Positions 37,727-46,083 of a DNA stretch of 64,000 bases are shown piece by piece; position 1 is the stretch's first letter; each line of letters starts with the position of its first letter. The notes beneath the pieces are model-generated. The model was not told the origin of the DNA, did not search any database, and saw only the letters and a list, made by a program, of their open reading frames with translations. Source of the stretch: a virus (lineage: Duplodnaviria; Heunggongvirae; Uroviricota; Caudoviricetes); the IMG/VR virus record IMGVR_UViG_3300006141_000002, one strand, 5' to 3'. A program made the translations under genes and the position numbers.

Positions 37727-39220
37727 ATGTTCTCAAAAGAAATCACTGGTCTGACTCTCACCAATGAGATCGCATCGACCGTATTCCCGAATATCGGCGG
37801 AGATAAGTTCCGCAATGACGAGTCGTTCGTTGCGACCTTGAGAGCTTTGCTGTATAGCAGGGTTCCGAAAGAGGAGTCAATCACACTGCGATATAAAAGC
37901 ACAGACTACAGTTCCGGGCAGTTATCTGGCTCGTCTCCGAGAGACTGCGTCAGGGCTTTCTTTAACCGAACTCCGATTATGGATGGTTCAACCGGCATTT
38001 TGCTCATCCATTCATTTGAGGGGAGCGACGAGAGCAACACAACCTGCTTCGAGAAACTCGTTGAAGGTGTTCCAAAGACAGTCTCTGGATACAAGCTCCT
38101 GGCGGATCTGTCCGCATGGATTGAGAGCGACGCAAAGTTCCGCGCCAAGGTCTATGTGAACGAGGAGTACCGCAACACCATCATCTTCACGGAAAAGATG
38201 AACATGAAGCGGTGGCACATGCTGGAGTCTCTGATTTCCCGCTACTTCCCGTGGTACTTCGAGTCCAATCCGATGACTGACGAGGAGATTGAGATCGTCA
38301 AGACGCTCACAAAGCGTTACGCCCCCAGCTATGAAACGAAGATTCAGGAGTTCGCCAAGCGGTTTGACTTCCGGTCACAGGTTATCCGCAATCAGTTGAC
38401 CGGCTTTGAAACACACTTTGACCGCCGGAAGCTGGAGTCCGTCCGCAGCCAGATCAACGATATGGATCGCAGGATGCGTGATTTGGAGAGCACTTTCTCC
38501 AATTACTACCAGCAGATGGACGACCTGAGAACGCAGGAGTGCGGTCTGGTCGATAAAATCACACACGGAGGCGGCGCGGAGAGCAGCGAGCTTTTGGACT
38601 ACTTCCTATGCAACAATTCGCTGCATCTGGTCAGCGTATACAATGGCGAAATCAAGTTCATTGTAACCACCACGGTTGCAAACTTCGATCCTGACGCAGC
38701 GGAGTCCGTCATTCAGAATAACCGTAGCTACATCTATGAATATCGTGACAACGAAAATATGACGGTAGAGCGCATTAAGCGTCTGATGACGGAGATTTTC
38801 GTCAAAGAGACGATGAAGATTCGCATTTGCGCCGCATATTCGCTGAACTTCGATAACGGCAGGTACGCCGGGATTAGCGGATACGATTTCCCGTCGGATA
38901 TCATCATGGATCACACGCCGAACCAGCACATCCAGGCGTTTCACTGCCTTGGTGGAAATGAGGCGACAATTCGCCAATCTATGCGTAACCGGGATTATGT
39001 CGGCGCGGTAGCTGCTTGTGTTCAGTCGGCAAAGAGCGTCAATGTTCAGGAGAGCGCAACAACCGGCAAGATGACGCAGTTGCTGTTCTCGAACAGGATC
39101 GGTAAGGTAATCGAAATGCCCGACGGTACGACCAAGACGCCGTTTGAGGCCGTATTGTGGTTGGAGGAACAAGATGTCAAGGCGAAGAAAGAAAAAGAAC
39201 AGGAGGAGAGCCATGAGTAA
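37727..39220 (+). CDS. 497-aa protein with C-terminal E2(UBC)-like active-site region
   Basis: HTPNQHIQAFHCLGG reproduces the E2 HPN-x7-Cys spacing; operon context with JAB and E1. Confidence 0.4.
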   Translation: MFSKEITGLTLTNEIASTVFPNIGGDKFRNDESFVATLRALLYSRVPKEESITLRYKSTDYSSGQLSGSSPRDCVRAFFNRTPIMDGSTGILLIHSFEGSDESNTTCFEKLVEGVPKTVSGYKLLADLSAWIESDAKFRAKVYVNEEYRNTIIFTEKMNMKRWHMLESLISRYFPWYFESNPMTDEEIEIVKTLTKRYAPSYETKIQEFAKRFDFRSQVIRNQLTGFETHFDRRKLESVRSQINDMDRRMRDLESTFSNYYQQMDDLRTQECGLVDKITHGGGAESSELLDYFLCNNSLHLVSVYNGEIKFIVTTTVANFDPDAAESVIQNNRSYIYEYRDNENMTVERIKRLMTEIFVKETMKIRICAAYSLNFDNGRYAGISGYDFPSDIIMDHTPNQHIQAFHCLGGNEATIRQSMRNRDYVGAVAACVQSAKSVNVQESATTGKMTQLLFSNRIGKVIEMPDGTTKTPFEAVLWLEEQDVKAKKEKEQEESHE

Positions 39221-40085
39221 GCCCATTAAGCTCACGGACGAGCTGCTGCAAAAAATTCAGGAGGAGTTCATCGCAAAGGTGAAGTCCACCAAGATGTTTG
39301 ACGGAAAGCTGGAATACAGCCGGACGTTCAAGTGGGAGGGCGATGACGACCGGGCAACTGTCTACCTGTCCTCGATTGCCTTCGCCAAGATGAACTCGCT
39401 CATTCAGCAGTTCAACGACGAGGTCGCGTGGCACGGCGTGGTTCACCGTGATGAGCAGGATCCGTCCATCTTCCACATCACCGACATTTTGGTATACCCG
39501 CAGGTTGTTACCGGCGCAACGGTCAACACCGATCAAGAGGCGTACCAGACGTGGCTTTACTCCTTTGATGATGATGTGTTCAATAACATCCGGATGCAAG
39601 GACACAGCCACGTCAATATGGGCGTGTCTCCCTCTGGTGTGGACACAACTCACCAGGAGAAGATTCTGGAGCAAATCTCCGATGACGACTACTACATCTT
39701 CATGATCTGGAACAAGCGGTACGAGCACTTTGTCCGCATCTTCGATCTGAAGAACAACACCCTGTACGACACGGCAGATGTTGATGTGTATATTGGAGAT
39801 GTCGGCGTGGATCTTCAGGCTTTCATCAGCAGCGCCAAGGAGATCGTCACCAACAGAACCTATAAGCCTGTCACCGGTTTTCAGGGAACCTATCAGCAGA
39901 CGCAGACGCGGGTCGTCACACCCATCAGTCAGACAACAACGCCGGCGGCGACGGCCGGTGCGAGCGTCGTCGGAGTCAAAACAAAACCGAAGGTAAACGG
40001 AGGTGATACCGGCATTGGCCGGTCCTTTTCCGACTACCAATTCGACGAAGACGATCCCTATGACCGCCTATACCTCGGACAGTAA
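39213..40085 (+). CDS. JAB/MPN+ (JAMM) metalloprotease, deubiquitinase-like
   Basis: HSHVNMGVSPSGVD matches the JAMM HxHx7Sx2D motif; upstream Glu in EVAWHG; 8-nt overlap with upstream gene. Confidence 0.65.
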   Translation: MSKPIKLTDELLQKIQEEFIAKVKSTKMFDGKLEYSRTFKWEGDDDRATVYLSSIAFAKMNSLIQQFNDEVAWHGVVHRDEQDPSIFHITDILVYPQVVTGATVNTDQEAYQTWLYSFDDDVFNNIRMQGHSHVNMGVSPSGVDTTHQEKILEQISDDDYYIFMIWNKRYEHFVRIFDLKNNTLYDTADVDVYIGDVGVDLQAFISSAKEIVTNRTYKPVTGFQGTYQQTQTRVVTPISQTTTPAATAGASVVGVKTKPKVNGGDTGIGRSFSDYQFDEDDPYDRLYLGQ

Positions 40086-40102
40086 GAAAGGAGAGACAAA
40101 CA

Positions 40103-40774
40103 ATGGATTTGGCGAAGTCCTACGAATTCTTCAAGCCGGATATGCTCGAATCGCGGATTCATATCATCGGCTGTGGAGCGATTGGTTCCACGGTCGCTGA
40201 GAATCTGGTGCGGTTCGGCATTACGAAAATCACGCTGTATGACTTCGATACCGTAGAAGCCCACAACATTGCCAACCAGATGTTCCGGAATACGGATATC
40301 GGCAAGGCCAAGGTTGATGCTTTGGCTGAGTATCTCACCGAGATCAATCCGGACTGCGCCCCCGATCTGAAGCTGGTCAAAGAGGGCTGGACAGGCCAGC
40401 GTCTCTCCGGTTATGTGTTCCTGGCGGTGGACAACATTGACCTCCGCCGGGAGATCGCCACCTCCTGTAAGGAGAACACGTTCGTCAAGGGGATGTTCGA
40501 CTTCCGGATGCGGCTGACGGACGCCCAGCACTATGCCGCTGACTGGAGCGACAAGAAGATGGTGGAGAACTTTATCGACAGCATGGCGTTCTCTCATGAT
40601 GAGGCAAAAGAGGCGACGCCCGTTTCTGCCTGCAATATCACACTGTCGGTTGTTCCGACGGTGCGAACGATCGTTGCCTACGGCGTAGCCAACTTCATCA
40701 ACTTCGTGAAGGGCGAGAAACTCCGCAAGATGATTCTTGTGGATGCTTTTGAATTCGACGTGATCGCCGTGTAA
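40103..40774 (+). CDS. E1-like ThiF/MoeB-family adenylyltransferase
   Basis: IHIIGCGAIGSTVAENLVRFGITKITLYDFDTVEAHNIANQMF matches the Rossmann GxGxxG + DxDxVExSNLxRQ-like ThiF signature. Confidence 0.7.
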   Translation: MDLAKSYEFFKPDMLESRIHIIGCGAIGSTVAENLVRFGITKITLYDFDTVEAHNIANQMFRNTDIGKAKVDALAEYLTEINPDCAPDLKLVKEGWTGQRLSGYVFLAVDNIDLRREIATSCKENTFVKGMFDFRMRLTDAQHYAADWSDKKMVENFIDSMAFSHDEAKEATPVSACNITLSVVPTVRTIVAYGVANFINFVKGEKLRKMILVDAFEFDVIAV

Positions 40775-40794
40775 GGCATCACGTTTTACGATAG

Positions 40795-40835
40795 TTCTAT
40801 AGGGGCAGTGGCTTTGGTTGCCGCTGCCCCTTCCA
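40795..40835 (+). terminator. rho-independent terminator after the E1 gene
   Basis: GGGGCAGUGGC-UUUGGUU-GCCGCUGCCCC then UUCC. Confidence 0.5.
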
Positions 40836-40839
40836 TATA

Positions 40840-41218
40840 GTCTGTATTGCATTACTTTCAGAGTTATTCTGAGGGTGCTCTGTATTGTAAATCAGAGTTG
40901 CGCATGGCTGGGAGAAGGGACACCCCGCCCGGAGGCGGAATCTGAAGGCGCCTGCCCGCCACCGAGGTCAAGAGGTAATAAATAAACTGTTTTCTACTGC
41001 TCCAAATACGCAAAGAACTCTTGACATCTCGACCAGAAAGGTGACGGACAGCAAACAGGAAGACAGATGGCGACCCCAAGAACCATCGGACCGCCGCAAA
41101 TCACTCACCAGATTACCCACCGAGCCCGCACTCAGTCCCAGCTCTCAAGTACCCATCGCATCCTGAATTCCTCAACCTACTGTATACCAGAATACAGACA
41201 TCAGGAGGTATTAAAAAT
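40840..41218 (+). ncRNA. candidate retron-type ncRNA (msr/msd) or structured leader upstream of the RT
   Basis: GC-rich hairpins; ATAGTCTGTATTG at about 40840 complementary to CAGAATACAGAC at about 41184 (a1/a2-like). Confidence 0.2.
40878..40897 (+). repeat. hairpin repeat copy 1 (CTCTG-TATTGTAAAT-CAGAG) with 25-nt conserved 3' extension
   Basis: 5 copies in window, stem covaries in copy 5. Confidence 0.6.
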
Positions 41219-42358
41219 ATGCCATACATAACCGTCATGCAATCGCCTGCATACCATCAGATATCATTTGAGGAAATCATATCTGGTGAGGTCAACATGC
41301 AGTCTATGATAACTTCAAACAGCACCAATACCAGAACGCATTTCGCACAGCGACTCAAGCCACAGTTTCTGGATCGGTTCGATTTCGCCGGTATGGTCTC
41401 CGCTCTGGAGAGTTTTTGCGAACAAAATGCCGAGCTGTATGCCGTTCCGAGAGAAGCCCTCTATACCACATTCCATATTCCGAAGAAGTCCGGCGGCCTG
41501 CGTGAGATCAATGCCCCTGTGCCAGAACTGATGACGGCGCTTCGGAATCTGAAGACTTTGTTTGAGACCAAGATGTTTGCGCTGTACCACACCTCCGCCT
41601 TTGCCTATGTTAAGAATCGTTCCACCATTGACGCCATCAAACGTCACCAGAGGAATGACAGTCATTGGTTCTTAAAGACGGATTTCTCGAACTTTTTTGG
41701 GGACACAACGCTGGTATTCCTTCGGTATTCGCTCTCTTTGATTTTCCCGTTCAGCGAGATTGTCAAGTCAGAACGGGGCAGAGCAGCACTGGACAAGGCA
41801 CTCAACCTCTGTTTTCTTCATGGCGGATTGCCGCAGGGCACGCCGATTTCTCCGATGCTCACAAATCTGATGATGATCCCCCTTGATCACAAGGTATACA
41901 ATACCCTGCGTGATTTTAACGGGCAGTCGTTCGTTTACACCAGATACGCAGACGACTCTCTAATTTCAAGCCGGAGAGAGTTTGACTACAATAAGGTCAT
42001 CGACTTCATCAATCAGACGCTGGATGATTTCCATGCGCCGTTCAAGATCAAGGATGAGAAGACGAGGTATGGTTCCAGAGCCGGCAGTAATTGGAACCTC
42101 GGGCTCATGCTCAATAAGGACAATGAGATCACCATCGGTCACAAGAACAAGCAGCGTTTTCGTGCAATGATCAGCAACTACATCCTCGACCGTAAGAACG
42201 GAATTGTCTGGGAACTGCACGATGTTCAGGTTTTGCGCGGCCTTATCAACTACTACCGGATGGTTGAAGAAAAGTATGTTGACGAGGTCATCAAGTACAA
42301 CAACGAAAAATATCAAACGGACGTAATGCGTACCATCCATGAGGATTTGGCCGCATAA
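41219..42358 (+). CDS. retron-type reverse transcriptase
   Basis: IPKKSGGLREI, NRSTIDAIKRH, FLKTDFSNFFG, LPQGTPISPMLTNL, YTRYADD; C-terminal region alignable to the retron INxKKT...VTG...IG region with NLG for VTG. Confidence 0.7.
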   Translation: MPYITVMQSPAYHQISFEEIISGEVNMQSMITSNSTNTRTHFAQRLKPQFLDRFDFAGMVSALESFCEQNAELYAVPREALYTTFHIPKKSGGLREINAPVPELMTALRNLKTLFETKMFALYHTSAFAYVKNRSTIDAIKRHQRNDSHWFLKTDFSNFFGDTTLVFLRYSLSLIFPFSEIVKSERGRAALDKALNLCFLHGGLPQGTPISPMLTNLMMIPLDHKVYNTLRDFNGQSFVYTRYADDSLISSRREFDYNKVIDFINQTLDDFHAPFKIKDEKTRYGSRAGSNWNLGLMLNKDNEITIGHKNKQRFRAMISNYILDRKNGIVWELHDVQVLRGLINYYRMVEEKYVDEVIKYNNEKYQTDVMRTIHEDLAA

Positions 42359-42404
42359 ATAAGCAAAATTTTGTAATGTATAGCCTTTTGTTCCTCAAAA
42401 GGCA

Positions 42405-42424
42405 CTCTGTATTGTAAATCAGAG
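42405..42424 (+). repeat. hairpin repeat copy 2 + conserved extension TAACGAATGGCTGGGAGAAGGGAGCC
   Basis: preceded by a small variable hairpin GCCTTTTG..CAAAAGGC. Confidence 0.6.
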
Positions 42425-42730
42425 TAACGAATGGCTGGGAGAAGGGAGCCTGCCAGGCTGCGCAGTGCTGCCGGCCGCGACGGCAGCAGGAGATGCTAAA
42501 CACCCTTACCAACATCACGAAGAACGGAACTATTACCGAACTGCACATTTCGCCAGGAAATCAGCAGGAACTCCGTCACAAAAATTCCTGAAACCTGACA
42601 CCAGTTCGGACAGCCGGGAACACACGAGATGACATTCCCAGACTCACCTCTCTGGAGGAAACCATGGCCAGCTTCCTATCCCTTATGGTAGATTACAAAG
42701 TTTATGCAAAGCATGAAAGAGGTGGTTGAT

Positions 42731-43282
42731 ATGATTCAACTGGCAGTCGAAGTCAGTGATTTGGATTGCGGCGAATCCAAAGTCATTGTACTGCCATGTA
42801 ATCTGCGGGCAGAATTAGAGAATCATTATGATTACATTATTCTGTCCACCACGCCCAACATTCCAATCAGCCGAAACGACGATATCAGTGGATTGAACGA
42901 TATACTGGATGATATCAACAGCGAAAATCCTGGGATGACGGAAGATTATTTGAAGGTTCTGATGGAAGCTTCGTCTTCTGGTGACCTGTTCGATCCGGAA
43001 TTTGTGCGTAAGCTGAAAGAAAACGATTTTATGTTCGAGGACATATCTGATCTTCATTGGGCGATGAACGCAAAGGAGACCGCAGCTTGTTATCTGGCGA
43101 CTGAACTCAAAGTGCCGTTTGACCACGGTGTTACAGACGAGATGCTTGACACCCTCAGTAAAGACGTGCTGACCGACTATATCAACTGGGGACAGGTTTG
43201 GGATCAGTATTCTTCTGTTGGTTTTCGGGTCGTTGAGCAAGAGCCGCCGACCGGCGGGCGATATATTGTGCATATAAAATAA
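42731..43282 (+). CDS. acidic hypothetical protein (DNA-mimic/anti-restriction-like composition)
   Basis: RBS AAGAGGTGG; Asp/Glu-rich. Confidence 0.4.
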   Translation: MIQLAVEVSDLDCGESKVIVLPCNLRAELENHYDYIILSTTPNIPISRNDDISGLNDILDDINSENPGMTEDYLKVLMEASSSGDLFDPEFVRKLKENDFMFEDISDLHWAMNAKETAACYLATELKVPFDHGVTDEMLDTLSKDVLTDYINWGQVWDQYSSVGFRVVEQEPPTGGRYIVHIK

Positions 43283-43321
43283 CTTTGTTGTTGCGATGTA
43301 TTTTAAGTCGAAAGACTTAAA

Positions 43322-43341
43322 CTCTGTATTGTAAATCAGAG
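43322..43341 (+). repeat. hairpin repeat copy 3 + conserved extension
   Basis: ACTCTGTATTGTAAATCAGAGTAACGAATGGTTGGGTGGAGG. Confidence 0.6.
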
Positions 43342-43810
43342 TAACGAATGGTTGGGTGGAGGATGACGGCTTGGCGGCCGCAGTGCGTGCGATCAGAGAT
43401 CCCGCGGCAGCCGACGACCACCTGCTCAGGCGCCGACCCGCACAGGGGCCATCAGGACAAAGGTCACCAAACCCGCCAACACACTGAGACTCAAGGAGTT
43501 CGGCACCCGATGTCAGGAACCCACAGACACACGACATCATTCCAAACCAGATGACAGCAGTAACCGGGAGCTGTATCCGGATGCAGGGAGCCCTCCTCGT
43601 AGCCTGCCGAGATATAATGCAGATCACAAACAACAAAGTGCGTATTTCAAGGACTTTAGGACGCTGATCCGAGTATTTATTTGAAATAAGAGGTAGTGGA
43701 AAATCCCGAGTTCAGCGTCCTTTTGCCATCCCATGCAGTATGGCTATTATGTATGGGATAAAACACAGGTTTTAAGTATTGCGCCAGACTTTCACGAAAG
43801 GGTGGTATCC

Positions 43811-44146
43811 ATGGCAAGGTATCAAATTGGAGATCGAGTAGAAGCTATCGTCAACAACCCAGATGAGAGTGACTATATCATGGTTGGCGATACTGGAACG
43901 GTGTGCGATATTGACGGAGATCATGTTGGTGTCGATTGGGATAATGAATTAGGTGAAGGACATGATTGCTCCGGAAATTGTGAGTACGGCCACGGGTGGT
44001 ATGTCCATACGAGATATATCAGGCCGTACGAAGATGATGTTGAAGATATCGACGAGAACTCCTTCCTTGGTGTCGCTCTCCGTGCGGGGGGGGTGACAAA
44101 GCGTGATGGAATTTCAAGTAGGAGATTGTGTCGAAGCTATTCGTAA
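43811..44146 (+). CDS. small SH3-like domain protein, C-terminus ENSFLGVALRAGG + 17-aa extension
   Basis: paralog of 44103 gene; 8-G tract 44086-44093 encodes AGG. Confidence 0.45.
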   Translation: MARYQIGDRVEAIVNNPDESDYIMVGDTGTVCDIDGDHVGVDWDNELGEGHDCSGNCEYGHGWYVHTRYIRPYEDDVEDIDENSFLGVALRAGGVTKRDGISSRRLCRSYS

Positions 44147-44384
44147 TCATCCAGACGGCAATCCTGATATCAAGATAGGCGACCTTGGCACAGTATGCAG
44201 GGTATCAGATAATATTGGTGTTAATTGGGGTAAGCCCATCCAAAGAGGACACGACTGCGGACATACTTGCAAGCATGGACTTGGATGGTATGTTGGACGC
44301 AATGAGATCAGGCTGTATGAACCAGAAGGAACCATCGACATTGAGGAAGACAGCTTTATGCGTATGCTTGGAGGTTCAAAATGA
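44103..44384 (+). CDS. small SH3-like domain protein, C-terminus EEDSFMRMLGG+SK
   Basis: shares GD.VEAI.N.PD......GD.GTVC.....GV.W......GHDC...C..G.GWYV with the upstream paralog. Confidence 0.45.
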   Translation: MMEFQVGDCVEAIRNHPDGNPDIKIGDLGTVCRVSDNIGVNWGKPIQRGHDCGHTCKHGLGWYVGRNEIRLYEPEGTIDIEEDSFMRMLGGSK

Positions 44385-45055
44385 TCTATGTGACAGGGGA
44401 TACTCATGCGGACATTGACATAAAAAAGTTGTCTGTCAAGAACTTCCCGATGCAAAAATCGCTCACTAAGAAGGATTATTTAATTGTCTGTGGGGATTTT
44501 GGGCTCATATGGGACGGTTCTACACGAGAGATATGGTGGAAAAAATGGCTCGCGGGTAAAAACTTCACCACGCTCTGGATCGATGGGAACCATGAGAATT
44601 TTGATATCCTCCGCAAATTTTCGCTTCAAGATAAGTTCGGTGGTAAAGTCCGAGAAATAGCGCCAAATATTTACCATCTGGAGAGAGGACAAGTTCTGAC
44701 CATCGACGGGCAAAGGTTCTTTGTGATGGGCGGTGCAAGATCTCATGACAAAGAATATCGTACAGAACATATTTCTTGGTGGAAAGACGAAATGCCATCT
44801 ATGGAAGAGATGGAACGGGGGATCAACGCGCTTGATAACAACGGATGGTCTGTTGATTATGTGTTAACGCACTGTGCGCCAAGAAGCATTCAGACCATGA
44901 TTGCAGATTGGTATGAAAATGATCCGCTCGTAAGCTATCTGGAGCGTATTATGGTTGACCTTCAGTTCAAACGTTGGTATTTTGGACACTACCATATCGA
45001 CAAAATTATGAATGATCAATTCATTGCCTTATACAATAAGGTAATGCTTGTATAG
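44381..45055 (+). CDS. metallophosphoesterase (Ser/Thr phosphatase-like)
   Basis: GDTHAD, GDFG, GNHE motifs. Confidence 0.6.
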   Translation: MIYVTGDTHADIDIKKLSVKNFPMQKSLTKKDYLIVCGDFGLIWDGSTREIWWKKWLAGKNFTTLWIDGNHENFDILRKFSLQDKFGGKVREIAPNIYHLERGQVLTIDGQRFFVMGGARSHDKEYRTEHISWWKDEMPSMEEMERGINALDNNGWSVDYVLTHCAPRSIQTMIADWYENDPLVSYLERIMVDLQFKRWYFGHYHIDKIMNDQFIALYNKVMLV

Positions 45056-45090
45056 TCCTACGGAGCGGTCAATTCGACCGCTCCCAATAT

Positions 45091-45165
45091 TGGGGTGTCG
45101 CCAAGCGGCAAGGCAAGGGACTTTGACTCCCTCATTCGCTGGTTCGAATCCAGTCACCCCAGCCA
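45091..45165 (+). tRNA. tRNA-Gln (anticodon TTG)
   Basis: acceptor UGGGGUG/CACCCCA, anticodon stem AGGGA/UCCCU loop CUUUGAC. Confidence 0.65.
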
Positions 45166-45169
45166 ACAT

Positions 45170-45244
45170 GCTGATGTAGCTCTAATGGCAGAGCGAGGCT
45201 TTCGTAAAGCTTAGGTTCGCGGTTCGAGTCCGTGCATCAGCTCC
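45170..45244 (+). tRNA. tRNA-Thr (anticodon CGT)
   Basis: acceptor GCUGAUG/CAUCAGC, anticodon loop UUCGUAA. Confidence 0.6.
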
Positions 45245-45248
45245 ATTT

Positions 45249-45324
45249 GCTGGTATAGCTCAGTTGGTAGAGCATCGGTTTTGTACTCCGAGTGTCGCGG
45301 GTTCGACTCCTGTTACCAGCTCCA
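45249..45324 (+). tRNA. tRNA-Thr (anticodon TGT)
   Basis: acceptor GCUGGUA/UACCAGC, D arm AGCUCAGUUGGUAGAGC, anticodon loop UUUGUAC. Confidence 0.55.
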
Positions 45325-45429
45325 CCCCGAAAGGGGAACGTGCAAACATGGTATTTAATAAGACAGCGCACCCATGCGGTCTATAACAATGTGGGGAACG
45401 GCCCGGCTATACGCCGGGCCTCTTTTACG

Positions 45430-45847
45430 GGGCCGTAAAGGTTTCGACGGGGTTCTGAGAGAGTAAGATTCGCAGGTAGAGACCGCCTTAAGGCTAAACA
45501 AAAAATGAAATGACAATGATATGAGTGTTGTTATGATCCATCCCGCTTTCGCCGCCTTCATGGCAGAGAGGGTCGCCGCTTAACTGTCGGCAGGATTCCA
45601 AAACGGTACACCTCTGGCTGGGTAAGTACCTGCGGTCGAGGATACGCCAGAAAAACAGTTTTCCTTGTAATCTGTTCAAAAAGACAAGGTGGTGGAGGTG
45701 TACTTAACTGGTACGCCCTGGGGTAGATTTGGATTCCATCTTGGTGCCCCGCCATAAGGCATCCACCTAAAAGGAAACCTATTGCGTAAAAAGGTCTTGC
45801 TCATGTAGGAATTTCGGACGCGGGTTCGATTCCCGCCGGCTCCACCA
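45430..45847 (+). ncRNA. ssrA: tmRNA (SsrA)
   Basis: 5' GGGGCCGUAAAGGUUUCGACGGGG and 3' GGACGCGGGUUCGAUUCCCGCCGGCUCCACCA match the tmRNA tRNA-like domain consensus; candidate tag ORF ending ..AFMAERVAA-stop near 45540-45590. Confidence 0.7.
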
Positions 45848-45850
45848 TCT

Positions 45851-45926
45851 GTGGGAGTAACTCAACTGGCAGAGTGCCGTCCTTCCAAGTCGGAAGCTGC
45901 GGGTTCAAGTCCCGTCTCTCACTCCA
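45851..45926 (+). tRNA. tRNA-Gly (anticodon TCC)
   Basis: acceptor GUGGGAG/CUCUCAC, anticodon loop CUUCCAA, T-loop UUCAAGU. Confidence 0.55.
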
Positions 45927-45927
45927 G

Positions 45928-45960
45928 CGTGCCGTAGTTCTCGGCACGATCTTTTTCTTT
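45928..45960 (+). terminator. rho-independent terminator
   Basis: GUGCCG-UAGUUCUC-GGCAC then UUUUUCUUU. Confidence 0.5.
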
Positions 45961-46083
45961 GCTCCAAAGTACACGGAGCACCCCGCCGCCCTGCGGGATG
46001 GGCACGCTCAAAACCGAGTGTAGCAGGTTTACAGGGACGCTCGCCTGCGGGAGTCCTGTTTTTAGAGCTACACAATACAAAAT

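Noticed and set aside
40878-42450. DGR template/variable repeat pair around the RT
   Set aside because: The copies differ at A positions (TAACGAATGG vs TTGCGCATGG), which is DGR-like. But similarity extends only about 45 bp, the RT C-terminus looks retron-like, and no variable repeat lies inside a target gene.
45430-45847. tmRNA as host attB with a prophage end at this point
   Set aside because: Genes on both sides are small, co-oriented and phage-like (phosphoesterase, acidic proteins). tRNA-Gly starts 3 nt after the tmRNA. No integrase or repeat lies adjacent.
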